Shown in pieces: positions 14,786 through 24,112 of a DNA stretch of 64,000 nt. The notes under the pieces are model-generated. The model did not search any database. It was given only the letters and a program-made list of their open reading frames with translations, and was not told where the DNA came from. Origin of the DNA: Cyanophora paradoxa CCMP329 (taxonomy: Eukaryota > Plantae > Glaucophyta); NCBI GenBank assembly GCA_004431415.1, contig QPMI01000022.1, positions 434,001-498,000 on the forward strand, written 5' to 3'. The first letter of the stretch is position 1; each line of letters starts with the position of its first letter. The position numbers and the translations under genes were made by a program.

Positions 14786-15553
14786 TTAAACCGTAATAGT
14801 CGTAGGTTCATTACTAATTCTTATTGATTCTCTCTTTTTTATCGCTCGTCTCTTAACAAACTTCTTAAAGCCCTTCATATCATCATCTGTTAATATTGCC
14901 CGGTCTGTGTATACTTTTATATCATACCCTTGCAATCCAGTTATGACTGTTTGGTAGTTATAACCCCACAGTCTATGCAATTCCTTGTAGGTCTTTTTAT
15001 CAAGACCACCATTATACTCATCATAAGCGCAGTTAAACTCCTTCTCATTCCCGAGAATATTGAAAAATACTACGAACTCAACATTTCGACGAATCGTAGT
15101 AGAAATTGAACATAAACGTTGAGTATTAATAATTACTGTAATCGAATAATGACGGGCTGTAGTGATCAATTTAGATAACACAGCCGAATTATGCATATCC
15201 AAAGAAGAACCGATCATATCGTCTAAGATTATAACCAAATTATTACGCTTCTCATTATTCTCAATTCGTTTCTTTTGCATGCTAATGAGTTTCACTACTA
15301 CATTATCGTCCCATTCCTCATAGATATTATCAGGATGCGTTATATCTCTGAATTGACCAGTAAACGCAGTAGAACTAAAGACTACAATCTGATCGATCTT
15401 ATCCCTCAGTTCATAAAGTAGATATTTGCAGTAAGTTGTCTTACCAGAATTGCTGCGTCCACATAATAAAAAACGCGTGCTTAATTTAACTGTTCTTGCA
15501 GGCTCAAACTCTGAGATGTCATTCAAATCAATATCCATTCCTGTGTTATCCAT
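14786..15553 (-). CDS. A32-like / FtsK-HerA genome packaging ATPase
   Basis: Walker A GRSNSGKT, Walker B LVIILDD, ARHY arginine motif, INTQ sensor; 255 aa; adjacent to the capsid gene. Confidence 0.9.
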   Translation of the reverse strand: MDNTGMDIDLNDISEFEPARTVKLSTRFLLCGRSNSGKTTYCKYLLYELRDKIDQIVVFSSTAFTGQFRDITHPDNIYEEWDDNVVVKLISMQKKRIENNEKRNNLVIILDDMIGSSLDMHNSAVLSKLITTARHYSITVIINTQRLCSISTTIRRNVEFVVFFNILGNEKEFNCAYDEYNGGLDKKTYKELHRLWGYNYQTVITGLQGYDIKVYTDRAILTDDDMKGFKKFVKRRAIKKRESIRISNEPTTITV

Positions 15554-15632
15554 TACAGTAATAAGATAAAAAACAAAATAAACCCCAACCCTACTAATTT
15601 TGCGCTTCCTACTCTAACGAAAGAAAAGAACT

Positions 15633-16859
15633 TTAAAAGTTCGAGACTTTTAGGGTAGAGATGTTGTAGCCATTGATGACCATAACATTGTGTCGTAAGC
15701 AAAAGATATCCACCTGAACAGGCGCCTCGGTAGTGCATCCCGAAACAGTGAGATCCATGTAACTGGAACTGCTGTTGAAGAAATCCTGATAACCCATAAC
15801 ACTGTTCCGAAGCGAATCTTTTCCAGATTTGGAAAGAACAATTCCATAAACATTTCCATTCTCGAATCCATAAGTAGTATTGCCAACAGTAACACCCTTG
15901 TAATGAGAAGGAATGTGATTGATAGCCGAGAGGAAGCCAGAAATGGGTTTGTTGGAGATATCCAGGGAGCGATTGTTGTGGAAGATCTGGAACTGATCGA
16001 TCTTAACATCCGAAACATGACCACAGAAATCAGAGTGATTGTAAGTGTTAAGTTTGTTCACCTCTCGAACTGTCATGAGAATCGAATGAACCAGACCAGA
16101 AACATTAGCGAGTGTCACCTCAACCGATTCACCAGCATCAGCGGTTTTGAGCGCTCGTGTCTTCTTGTGGATGACCTCTGTGATCGGAATACGAATGCCA
16201 CCTTGTTCATTTGCCATTTTCAAAAGTGTCTCAGCCTCAGCCGAAGCGATGTTTACAAATTGACAGATCAGGGAGCAATCCGCAAATGTAACAGATCCAC
16301 CAGCAGGAACTTTGACTATCCCAGCGTCACGGAAATCAATCTCGATTGTTGGCATATCAGCCAGTGTGCATAGTGGGAAGTAAGCATCATCCCAGAAAGC
16401 AGCGGGAATTTTCACAATGTATTCCATAGCCTCATCTGTGCTTTCACGATCAAGTTCTTTGAAGTAACCAAGAGAAGCATACATGCTGCTCATGGTAGCA
16501 TGATCATTATCAATCAGAGAGTTAATCGTAATCCAGTCTCCATTTAGGATATGTTTAAAACCCCCATGAACAAAGCGGACCTCATTAATAAAGGAAGAAC
16601 CACCATTGGGGAGGGTGCAGGCTACACCACCACCAGTAGTAACCTTAAAGTAAATCGAAACACCAGCAAGGAGTTGCTTGCGAGGTAGATCAAAGTAAGC
16701 GGTATTCTTAAAGCCAAAAGTATTGCCTCGGGGACGAACTTGCTCGAGGAATGGTTTGTACTTGGGGTTGGTTCCGATTTGGAGACCAGGGGATAGATAA
16801 ATTTGATCGGAACCGGGAGTTACGAGGAGTTCCTTAAGGGTAGTTCCAGTGAGTGCCAT
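15633..16859 (-). CDS. Major capsid protein (double jelly-roll), PLV type
   Basis: 408-aa beta-rich ORF; N-terminal FG..TAYFDLPRKQLLAGVSIYF...FINEVRFVHGG...NGDWI pattern and C-terminal VDIFCLRHNVMVINGY resemble DJR MCPs; position between ATPase and penton genes. Confidence 0.8.
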   Translation of the reverse strand: MALTGTTLKELLVTPGSDQIYLSPGLQIGTNPKYKPFLEQVRPRGNTFGFKNTAYFDLPRKQLLAGVSIYFKVTTGGGVACTLPNGGSSFINEVRFVHGGFKHILNGDWITINSLIDNDHATMSSMYASLGYFKELDRESTDEAMEYIVKIPAAFWDDAYFPLCTLADMPTIEIDFRDAGIVKVPAGGSVTFADCSLICQFVNIASAEAETLLKMANEQGGIRIPITEVIHKKTRALKTADAGESVEVTLANVSGLVHSILMTVREVNKLNTYNHSDFCGHVSDVKIDQFQIFHNNRSLDISNKPISGFLSAINHIPSHYKGVTVGNTTYGFENGNVYGIVLSKSGKDSLRNSVMGYQDFFNSSSSYMDLTVSGCTTEAPVQVDIFCLRHNVMVINGYNISTLKVSNF

Positions 16860-16911
16860 CTCTTATGTTTAAAATACCAAAAGAAATTTTTAAAATGCTT
16901 TATTAAACAGA

Positions 16912-17811
16912 ATGACGCGTCATTACCTTAATATTGATTCCAGGGACCGAGATGATGGAACCCCAACGAACTTTACTTACAAAATTCCCCATGCAATCCA
17001 AAATGTGAGAGCCTGCAGAGTGACTAACTTTGAGATGTTCAATAACATTTACAATCTTAGCGAGAATGGAAGTTTGATTACAGGAACCTATGATGTTGGA
17101 GATGTAATTAAAACTAAGAATAACACTATTTCAAAAGGGACATATACTTCGGATAGTTTGGTGAATCTTCTAAATGCCAAACTAGCTTCACAAGTGTATG
17201 GTGCAGCAGGAACTACCTATACTCGCCATTTCTACGTTACATATGATCCTGTTACCATGTTTCTAAGGTTCATGTGCGATGCAACATTTACCCTCACCTT
17301 TGGAAGTCGGATCTTAGCAAACTTCCTTGGGTTTCCAGAGCGTAGACCTGACAGTTCAGAAAATGGTTACGCTTCTGCCCTGCTGGATTCACCTGTAACA
17401 GTCGGAACTAATACTTATAATTACTACATTGACAGTGTTATACCGCTCGATCTTCTGTTCAACTCTTACATCCTTCTCCACGTTGACCCACTCAAAGGCA
17501 ACTATGTAAGCAAGAACACAAGCGATGATAAAGCCCTCGCAAAAATCGAGATTGATCAAACGGTAGGCAGTCTCTTAAAATATGATTCATCGAATAATTC
17601 CATGATCCTGCATGAGCAAAACGGTTTGGTGGAAGTTGAAACGCTAAAAGTTCGTCTCACATACTGGAATGGTGCCGAAACGGATATTACCACTGATTGG
17701 TCGATGACGCTTGAACTCATTACGGAAGATGATAAAGATCTGACAAAGAAAGCATTGAAGAATGTCATTAAAGAGTTGGAGGGACTCTACTTGCCGTTCT
17801 CACGGTCATAG
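16912..17811 (+). CDS. Minor capsid (penton) protein
   Basis: N-terminal YLNIDSRDRD...PTNFTYKIP and C-terminal LKVRLTYWNG...DWSMTLEL pattern typical of PLV/NCLDV pentons; 299 aa. Confidence 0.8.
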   Translation: MTRHYLNIDSRDRDDGTPTNFTYKIPHAIQNVRACRVTNFEMFNNIYNLSENGSLITGTYDVGDVIKTKNNTISKGTYTSDSLVNLLNAKLASQVYGAAGTTYTRHFYVTYDPVTMFLRFMCDATFTLTFGSRILANFLGFPERRPDSSENGYASALLDSPVTVGTNTYNYYIDSVIPLDLLFNSYILLHVDPLKGNYVSKNTSDDKALAKIEIDQTVGSLLKYDSSNNSMILHEQNGLVEVETLKVRLTYWNGAETDITTDWSMTLELITEDDKDLTKKALKNVIKELEGLYLPFSRS

Positions 17812-17847
17812 GAAATACTGTAGAATAAATTTGTCTCGATATTACAA

Positions 17848-18597
17848 ATGGCAACTCGAAAGACCCAGCCAAAGAATTTCTTAGCCAAACCAGTTGAGCA
17901 AGCGGAACCAGAACGGAAACAGTTTAAGAAATCAAAAGGAACCGCTGCATATGGAACTGGTGATCTCGATAAAAATGTTCACCAGACCATGAATGCTCAC
18001 ACAATTGCGCTTACTTCAAACTCAAATGATGATAATGCCCTGGTTGATCAAGTCCCACTGAACCGCATGCCTGGAGCCAAACGAGGAATCAAGAAAGGAC
18101 AGTTCAAATCATCGACAAAGGACAAGGTTGCCTCATCATCAACACTGCTGAAACTGCTTGATGGTGGTGAGCGACTCTACTCAACCTATTCCGAAAAAGA
18201 CCATCGCAACCGCTACTTTATTCGTTCAACCACTGGTGGACTGAAATCTGTGACATACCAGTATGCTAAGAGTCTTGTTGATGGTATCGCCGATGAGACA
18301 CAGAAAGAGAAGAAGATAACGGAGCAACCGATAACCAAAGAGAAGGTAGACAAGAAACCAAATGTTACGTTTGATGTGCTACCCGATCCTATTAAGGTTA
18401 CCAAAGAATCACCAGCAGAACTGATTGCGAAGACAATTGATTATCAAGACTCCAACAAAACGGATTTGCCGGTCCTGAATAAATCAATCCTTCGGGTTGC
18501 CACTTCGCAGGCTGATCCAGTCAACTCGATTCCAAATGCTGCCCCAATGGTCTCAGGGTTTGCCAAGCTCGGTATTAAACCTGGTTATCGCCGTTAA
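17848..18597 (+). CDS. Lys-rich viral protein of unknown function (249 aa)
   Basis: Clean ATG ORF with viral composition, downstream of the penton gene. Confidence 0.7.
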   Translation: MATRKTQPKNFLAKPVEQAEPERKQFKKSKGTAAYGTGDLDKNVHQTMNAHTIALTSNSNDDNALVDQVPLNRMPGAKRGIKKGQFKSSTKDKVASSSTLLKLLDGGERLYSTYSEKDHRNRYFIRSTTGGLKSVTYQYAKSLVDGIADETQKEKKITEQPITKEKVDKKPNVTFDVLPDPIKVTKESPAELIAKTIDYQDSNKTDLPVLNKSILRVATSQADPVNSIPNAAPMVSGFAKLGIKPGYRR

Positions 18598-18870
18598 GGG
18601 ACGGCTCACGCATCATTTCCGAATTAAAAAAATCTTGAACATTGTTAGCGCTACGTAACCAATCTTATCCCGTAGGCTCAAAACTTCTTCATTTTTATGG
18701 AGGCGTTGTAGAGTGAAGTGAAAAATATCCATAGGTAAATCACTTTAATCACCTGTTCTATCGGGTTCAGTGGTAGAAACTTGCAGCCGACAAGTGAACC
18801 TTCTGGGTATCGGTGGCTTTATCATTTTTCCAGCATCTTCTTTCATACTGGATGCAATGCGATTGGGACC

Positions 18871-18960
18871 AAAAATTGACAGGAGTTTAATCGCTATATA
18901 CAAACAGAAAAACTACTTAAAGATTTCTTAACATATATTAAGAGAGTAGAAAAGGACAAA
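18871..18960 (+). promoter_or_regulatory. Putative early promoter: AAAATTGA + TACTTAAAGA + TATATTAA
   Basis: AAAATTGA at 18872-18879; the same three elements occur upstream of the replicase gene. Confidence 0.55.
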
Positions 18961-19218
18961 ATGCCAATCAGTGAGGCTCAGAAGCGTGCTATTTACCGTT
19001 ATCGCAAAACTGAAAAAGGTCAAGAATATTTAAAAAAGTATAATGCGAAATTAGCAAAGCAAATGCGTGATTTATACCATACTGATGAGTGTTACAGAGC
19101 CATGAGAATCGTTGAGAGTTCCCAGCGTCTCTATGCTTCCAATGCAGTCTGCTTTGTTAAGTATCTCTATGGCGTCCCCTATTCTAACCGTGGTCGCAAA
19201 TCGAAATATGTCTGTTAA
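18961..19218 (+). CDS. Small basic helical protein, putative DNA-binding (85 aa)
   Basis: MPISEAQKRAIYRYRKTEKGQEYLKKYNAK; highly basic; clear promoter-like upstream region. Confidence 0.65.
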   Translation: MPISEAQKRAIYRYRKTEKGQEYLKKYNAKLAKQMRDLYHTDECYRAMRIVESSQRLYASNAVCFVKYLYGVPYSNRGRKSKYVC

Positions 19219-19399
19219 TTGTTTTTCTCAGCGCGATCTGCTCTGAGAAACCCGTGGGAACCGCGCTGGAACCACAAATAAAATCATTCTATTATTTTTA
19301 GAGTTCGATGATCGAGCCAACCCTTTGTTATTTTTATGAATGCCCTCGACTGAATTAATTTTGTTGGAGACTTTTGTTTTTTTGCCGGTAAAAAATTGA

Positions 19400-21050
19400 C
19401 AAGATCCGTGCTCCTGCGGAGCACTAAGTACGGCGAAGCCTCGCGGACGCCCTCGCGGCTGTCACAGTAGGCCTATAGGCTATAGGGCACTGGCCACTGG
19501 CCAGCGGCCTGGCCGATCGCGAACAGCTTTCTGGCTAGAAGCTGGCTGGCTGACACAGTCCACTGGCCAGCTAGAGCTGGTCGGCTAGAGGAATATTAAT
19601 GCCATGTACTGAGCGAGGAAATAATTAAAGGGTGGAGCAGATCGATCTAGATTAATTGAGAGGAGATTAATTATATAATATTGTTGGGAAGGAGGCCCGG
19701 GAGGGGCGAGGTTCTCGCGGCCAGGCGCATGCACAGAGCTTGCGATTCGCTTAAAAAGAATCTCGAACGCATATATATAGCATCGATGTGCAGGTCTGCG
19801 GAGGCGAGGGCGCGCGGAAAGATGTGCAGGCGTGGCCAGGATCGCATTTTTGCGTCGGCTGAATTGCCGCGCCCTGTCGCGTCCGCAGAGCTTGCGAAAG
19901 GTTTTTAAAAGATCTTAGATGAATATTGTAGCGATGCGCATGCGTGAGGATGCGAGGGCGCGCGGAAAGATGTGCAGGTCCGTGAAGGATCGAATTTTCG
20001 GAGTCGGCTGGGTCGTCGCAGCCTGGCGCATCTGCAAAGCATGCAGAATGCTTTGTCTACATCTTAACTGTTTATGCTATTGTTCCGCGCATGCGCCGCG
20101 GCGTGGGCGCGCGGAAAGATGTCCGGGTCCGTGCAGGATCGAATCTTCGCCGTCGGTTGGGTTCTTGTGGTCTTTCGCGTCTTCGAAGCTTGTGGAAGGC
20201 TTTGATAAAATCTCGAATGAATATACCCGCGATGTGGCCTGCGTGAGGATGCGAGGGCGCGCGGAAAGATGTCCAGGTCTGTCCAGGATCGAATTTTCGG
20301 AGTCGGCTGGGTCGACGAGGTCCGGCGCATTTAGAGACCGTGCGGAAGGCCTCGTCTACATCTAAAATGCTTATGCTATCGTTCCGCGCATGCGCCGCAG
20401 CGTGGGCGCGCGGAAAGATGGCCGGGCCCGTGCAGGATCGAATTTTTGCCGTCGGGTACCTTCCTGCGCTGTTCCGGCTCCGCAAAGCGGATTTCGGGGG
20501 TGTGCAGGCCGTGCTATGTCTATGCGCGCCAGTACGCATCGATTGCGCGCGTCGCGGGACCGGGCGGAACCGGCCGGATCAAATTTTCGGCCGACTCTTC
20601 GCACTGGAGCGTCGACGGCGCCCGAAATCGAGCTTGCGGCGATGCGCTCGCCCTCGCGCGTCATTCTGTATCGTTCTGGGGCGTCCCTGGCGCGATTTCG
20701 TCGCGGGACCGGGCGGGACCGGGTCCCACCTTCTGACTCGGACTGCATTTGTCGGAGGTTAAGTACCGGAATTGATCCAGAGGGAAATTCGATTTTCGCG
20801 GGATGCCTACGGGAGAGCGGTCGTCTTAGGGAAGCCAGGACGCTAAAAATGGCTGTGTGCGGGTTCGGGGAGCTGTGTTACCAGCGGCAATCGCGTCGGT
20901 GTCGAGGCAGAATTAATAATTCTGCCTCGAGGGAGTGTGATACGGAAATTATTTAGCAGGGGGGATCTCGAGTGGAAAAAAAGGTTAAAAAAGGAATTTA
21001 TATCGGCGGTTTTTGGTTTTGAGAAAGAGGCTTCGCCTGACGCGAGTATA
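19400..21050 (-). mobile_element. Non-autonomous Helentron-like element (family A) nested in the virus
   Basis: GC-richer island; minus-strand start TTTTATACTCGCGTCAGGCGAAGCCTC; sub-terminal IRs at 21027-21037 and 19432-19442; hairpin 19408-19424; CTTGT end; five or more ~149-bp central tandem repeats (GGGCGCGCGGAAAGATG near 19808, 19957, 20105, 20255, 20404); terminal ~74 bp match 1458-1531. Confidence 0.8.
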
Positions 21051-21103
21051 AAAGTATTTAAAGAAAACTTTTGTAGGTATATATTAATAGAGTGAACAAA
21101 GAA

Positions 21104-24100
21104 ATGCCTCGACCAAGTAATCGAATTTCGAAGAATTTGCAGGATGAGATTCTTGGTTACTACATGCAAGCAAAAGTAGAAGACAAATTGACCCGAGAGC
21201 AGGATATCTATTTCTTGAGAGAATTTACTTTCAAAGCAATTAGAATTCCAAAGTTGATTGATATCAGAGATACACTGAGAGGTATCGTAGAGCCTCGTTT
21301 GTATCGCAAGCAGGAGAAGAAGGAGAAGAGGGCTGAGAGAGCCGCTAAGAATGTTGAGAAGCAGAACAAGAAAGCAGCCGAAGCAAAGAAGCGGAAGCGC
21401 TTTGATCGCAAGCAGAATAAGAAGGCTAAACGTTCCGCTCGTTCCCAGAAGAATGTGGAAAAGCAGCAAAGTAAGCAGTTCAAAGCGCTGGTAAGGAGGA
21501 TCATAAGGGATATTGAGGCCCAGGATGGTGATACAGTCTCGCTTCGTGTGAGGTTTTACAGAATTCCTGAAGACTTTAATAACCTCCCAAACAACTACGA
21601 TGTTGTTATCCACGAAGACACACCATATATTGAAACACAAAAATCCGGAAAACGCGCATTGATGGTCTCCTGCCCCAAGCAAGTGCTGGTGAGATTGCTT
21701 GAACAGGTGCAAGAGGACTTTAATAACTTCTTTGCATTGTGGACTCTGAACGAGATCGCTTCCTTCCTGATTTCTATTGGGCAAAGCAACCCTCGCAATC
21801 GAGACTATCAATTCGTTAAGGTTTTCACGAATGATGCGCCCAATGGTTCAGACATCAAGTATCCAGAGGTGATGACAATCGAGGAGATTATTGTCAGCGA
21901 TAACAAAACAGTATACCCTTTGAATGAACGAGTTCTGCGAGATGGGCAGGCTCCAAAAATCGTTTCTCGTTTCGTGAAATACACCCTCAATGGTCAGGCT
22001 AAGTGTGTGATGGACCAAATATGTCCCGATGATTCACTTACCATCAAAGATTGTTTAATCGAAGCATTACATCAGGTTCTATGCAAAGGGTTTGAGTATG
22101 CCCGCAGCATCAAGAAGTATAAGAAGGTCAACTACTCCAAAGACTGGCTCTTTGCTCAGATCAAGGGATATGAACCTAAGCCTGATTCCGATTGGGGAGT
22201 GAGTTTTGATGAGCTTCTTCCTTTCTTGAAAAAGTGGCGCATCAGGTTCATTGCAATTGGAAAGGATGACAAGGTTATTCATACTCTTTCCTTCAAACCG
22301 AATCGAACCAACTCTCACTTAGTTCCCGCAAGTGTTTATGTGCAGATTGCAAACGACCACGTTTATGTATTAAATAAGGATCTCAGTAAACTGGTTCGTT
22401 CTTTCAATGGAACTGGCGCCCGTGAAACCAAGAAGAGTATGGGTTCAGCAGCCATGAAATACAAGATCAAAACACAGTTCAACGATAACAGCTTCTTTGC
22501 TTACAGCGAGGAGGATATCATCAAGATCATTGCCAGAGAGAAAGATAGCAATTCCGAAAAAATTAAGATCACATACAACAAGCCGTTACTTGAGTTGTTG
22601 GGAAGCTTCCGAAAGGCTAATCACGAGGTTCACACTTCCATTACTGATGAGGGAACAATAACATACATTCACTACACAATAGAGGATAAAGATGTAATTA
22701 TCCTTCCACCAGGCAACATGGTGGATATGGAAAATATTGATGTGAACCTTGCAGATGATGCCCATCGCAAGTTGTTTGATGAGATGAGTCAGATGATGTA
22801 TAGGGCGCTTATCAACAAACCCTACAAGAGCAAATATAATCCAGAAACATATGCAGCATTTACTAAAGGGCAACAGAGTGCATTGACTGGGTTCTTTGGA
22901 TCTGCCTCTGAGGTCCGAACAATGGTAGAGAACATTGCCTATGGATCCATTGATACTCACAAGCTCGACATTTCCAAAGCATACACACACATCGTTTCGA
23001 AAGTGCTTAAGGTGTTTCCAGTTTTCAGTTCATTTGATAGATTCGAAAAAGTCAAAGTGTCTTGCAGCTCGGACATCGAAGACAATTCGTTCTATTCCGT
23101 GAAAGTGAAAGCCAAACACTTCAAAGCATTCAGAAATTATGGTGAGGCGAATACCTTGAATCAATACAAGAGGATTCTCGTCGATTCAAAGTATAACCTG
23201 ATGTATGGTGAGGTTTTGAAAGAGTTTTACGAGGATATTAAGGATGACATCAGCATTGAGGCAGTTCTAAGACCTTATCGGATTGCCGAGAATGTCACCT
23301 TGCAGGCTTTCAAGCAGTTGTATGCAAGTCAGCTTTCGACCAAGGAGAAGAAAGACATTGCCAACCATCACATTGGTCTATTTGGTAAGAAGTCCCAGCG
23401 AAAAGCAACCACCTACACCTTTTTCAATAAAAATGATGCTCTGAATTTCATTGAAGAGAATGGAGGGACCCTGAAGTTTATAAGTTTCGATCAAGAGAAG
23501 CCAACACACACATCAGTTAAGAATGAGAAGGACATTAAATCGCCCATGATTTGGTATGTGAACCAGGAAGAACAAGAACGGGCTTTCATTGATGGTTTCC
23601 TGCCAATGCAGTGCGTGATTTACTCCACCATGCGAGGCATCATGTATCGCCTATGCAAGAAATTGCTCTCTGAGGGAGTGGGAGTCCTTGCAATCAAGAC
23701 CGATGAGCTGACAATCGATAGACCATATCCATTCGAGCAGTTTGACCGAAACCTATTCGAGAACACTGGAAAGTTTGATGTGAAGCCAGCAAACATGAAC
23801 TCGATAACCCACAGTAAGAGGACTTCCAAAAAACCAAAGAGCCACATGATCACATTTGATCGACTCAAAACTCGTTCCAAACCTTTCATCAATGTTGAAA
23901 AGATTGTTCACAAGGTTCACAAGTTCCAGGATGAGTATGACCTCCCAGCAATCGTAAATGCTTTGGATGGGCAAGGTAATGTGCTGATTAAAGGAGTGAA
24001 ACCGGAACTGGTAAGACTACTTTGGCAAAGGCAATGGCCAAGAAGTATGGTAAGAAATGCTTGTTCGTTGCGCCTACTAATAAGAGATGCAAGGATTTGC

Positions 24101-24112
24101 GAATGGAACTAA
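21104..24112 (+). CDS. Divergent family-B (protein-primed-type) DNA polymerase, N-terminal part of the replicase polyprotein
   Basis: Motif A KLDISKAY, motif B KDIANHHIGLFGKK, motif C variant AIKTDEL; upstream OTU-like DCLIEAL...NDHVY; first ATG at 21104; runs into the first strand of a P-loop (NVLIKGVKP). Confidence 0.7.
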   Translation: MPRPSNRISKNLQDEILGYYMQAKVEDKLTREQDIYFLREFTFKAIRIPKLIDIRDTLRGIVEPRLYRKQEKKEKRAERAAKNVEKQNKKAAEAKKRKRFDRKQNKKAKRSARSQKNVEKQQSKQFKALVRRIIRDIEAQDGDTVSLRVRFYRIPEDFNNLPNNYDVVIHEDTPYIETQKSGKRALMVSCPKQVLVRLLEQVQEDFNNFFALWTLNEIASFLISIGQSNPRNRDYQFVKVFTNDAPNGSDIKYPEVMTIEEIIVSDNKTVYPLNERVLRDGQAPKIVSRFVKYTLNGQAKCVMDQICPDDSLTIKDCLIEALHQVLCKGFEYARSIKKYKKVNYSKDWLFAQIKGYEPKPDSDWGVSFDELLPFLKKWRIRFIAIGKDDKVIHTLSFKPNRTNSHLVPASVYVQIANDHVYVLNKDLSKLVRSFNGTGARETKKSMGSAAMKYKIKTQFNDNSFFAYSEEDIIKIIAREKDSNSEKIKITYNKPLLELLGSFRKANHEVHTSITDEGTITYIHYTIEDKDVIILPPGNMVDMENIDVNLADDAHRKLFDEMSQMMYRALINKPYKSKYNPETYAAFTKGQQSALTGFFGSASEVRTMVENIAYGSIDTHKLDISKAYTHIVSKVLKVFPVFSSFDRFEKVKVSCSSDIEDNSFYSVKVKAKHFKAFRNYGEANTLNQYKRILVDSKYNLMYGEVLKEFYEDIKDDISIEAVLRPYRIAENVTLQAFKQLYASQLSTKEKKDIANHHIGLFGKKSQRKATTYTFFNKNDALNFIEENGGTLKFISFDQEKPTHTSVKNEKDIKSPMIWYVNQEEQERAFIDGFLPMQCVIYSTMRGIMYRLCKKLLSEGVGVLAIKTDELTIDRPYPFEQFDRNLFENTGKFDVKPANMNSITHSKRTSKKPKSHMITFDRLKTRSKPFINVEKIVHKVHKFQDEYDLPAIVNALDGQGNVLIKGVKPELVRLLWQRQWPRSMVRNACSLRLLIRDARICEWN

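Noticed and set aside
15553-15738. Small hydrophobic ORF overlapping the ATPase start via TAATG
   Set aside because: Mostly overlaps the MCP gene out of frame; the hydrophobic tail is just the T-rich promoter region
19224-19250. Hairpin TTTCTCAG...CTGAGAAA after the small basic ORF as a Mimivirus-style polyadenylation hairpin
   Set aside because: The stem is only 8-10 bp and I did not find equivalents after the other viral genes
19790-20600. Regularly spaced repeats as a CRISPR-like or MIMIVIRE-like array
   Set aside because: Whole ~149-bp units are degenerate copies with no unique spacers; eukaryotic context; explained as the central tandem repeat of the Helentron-like element
20843-21811. 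322-aa hydrophobic antisense ORF
   Set aside because: Mirror of the Lys-rich replicase N-terminus and crosses the transposon junction
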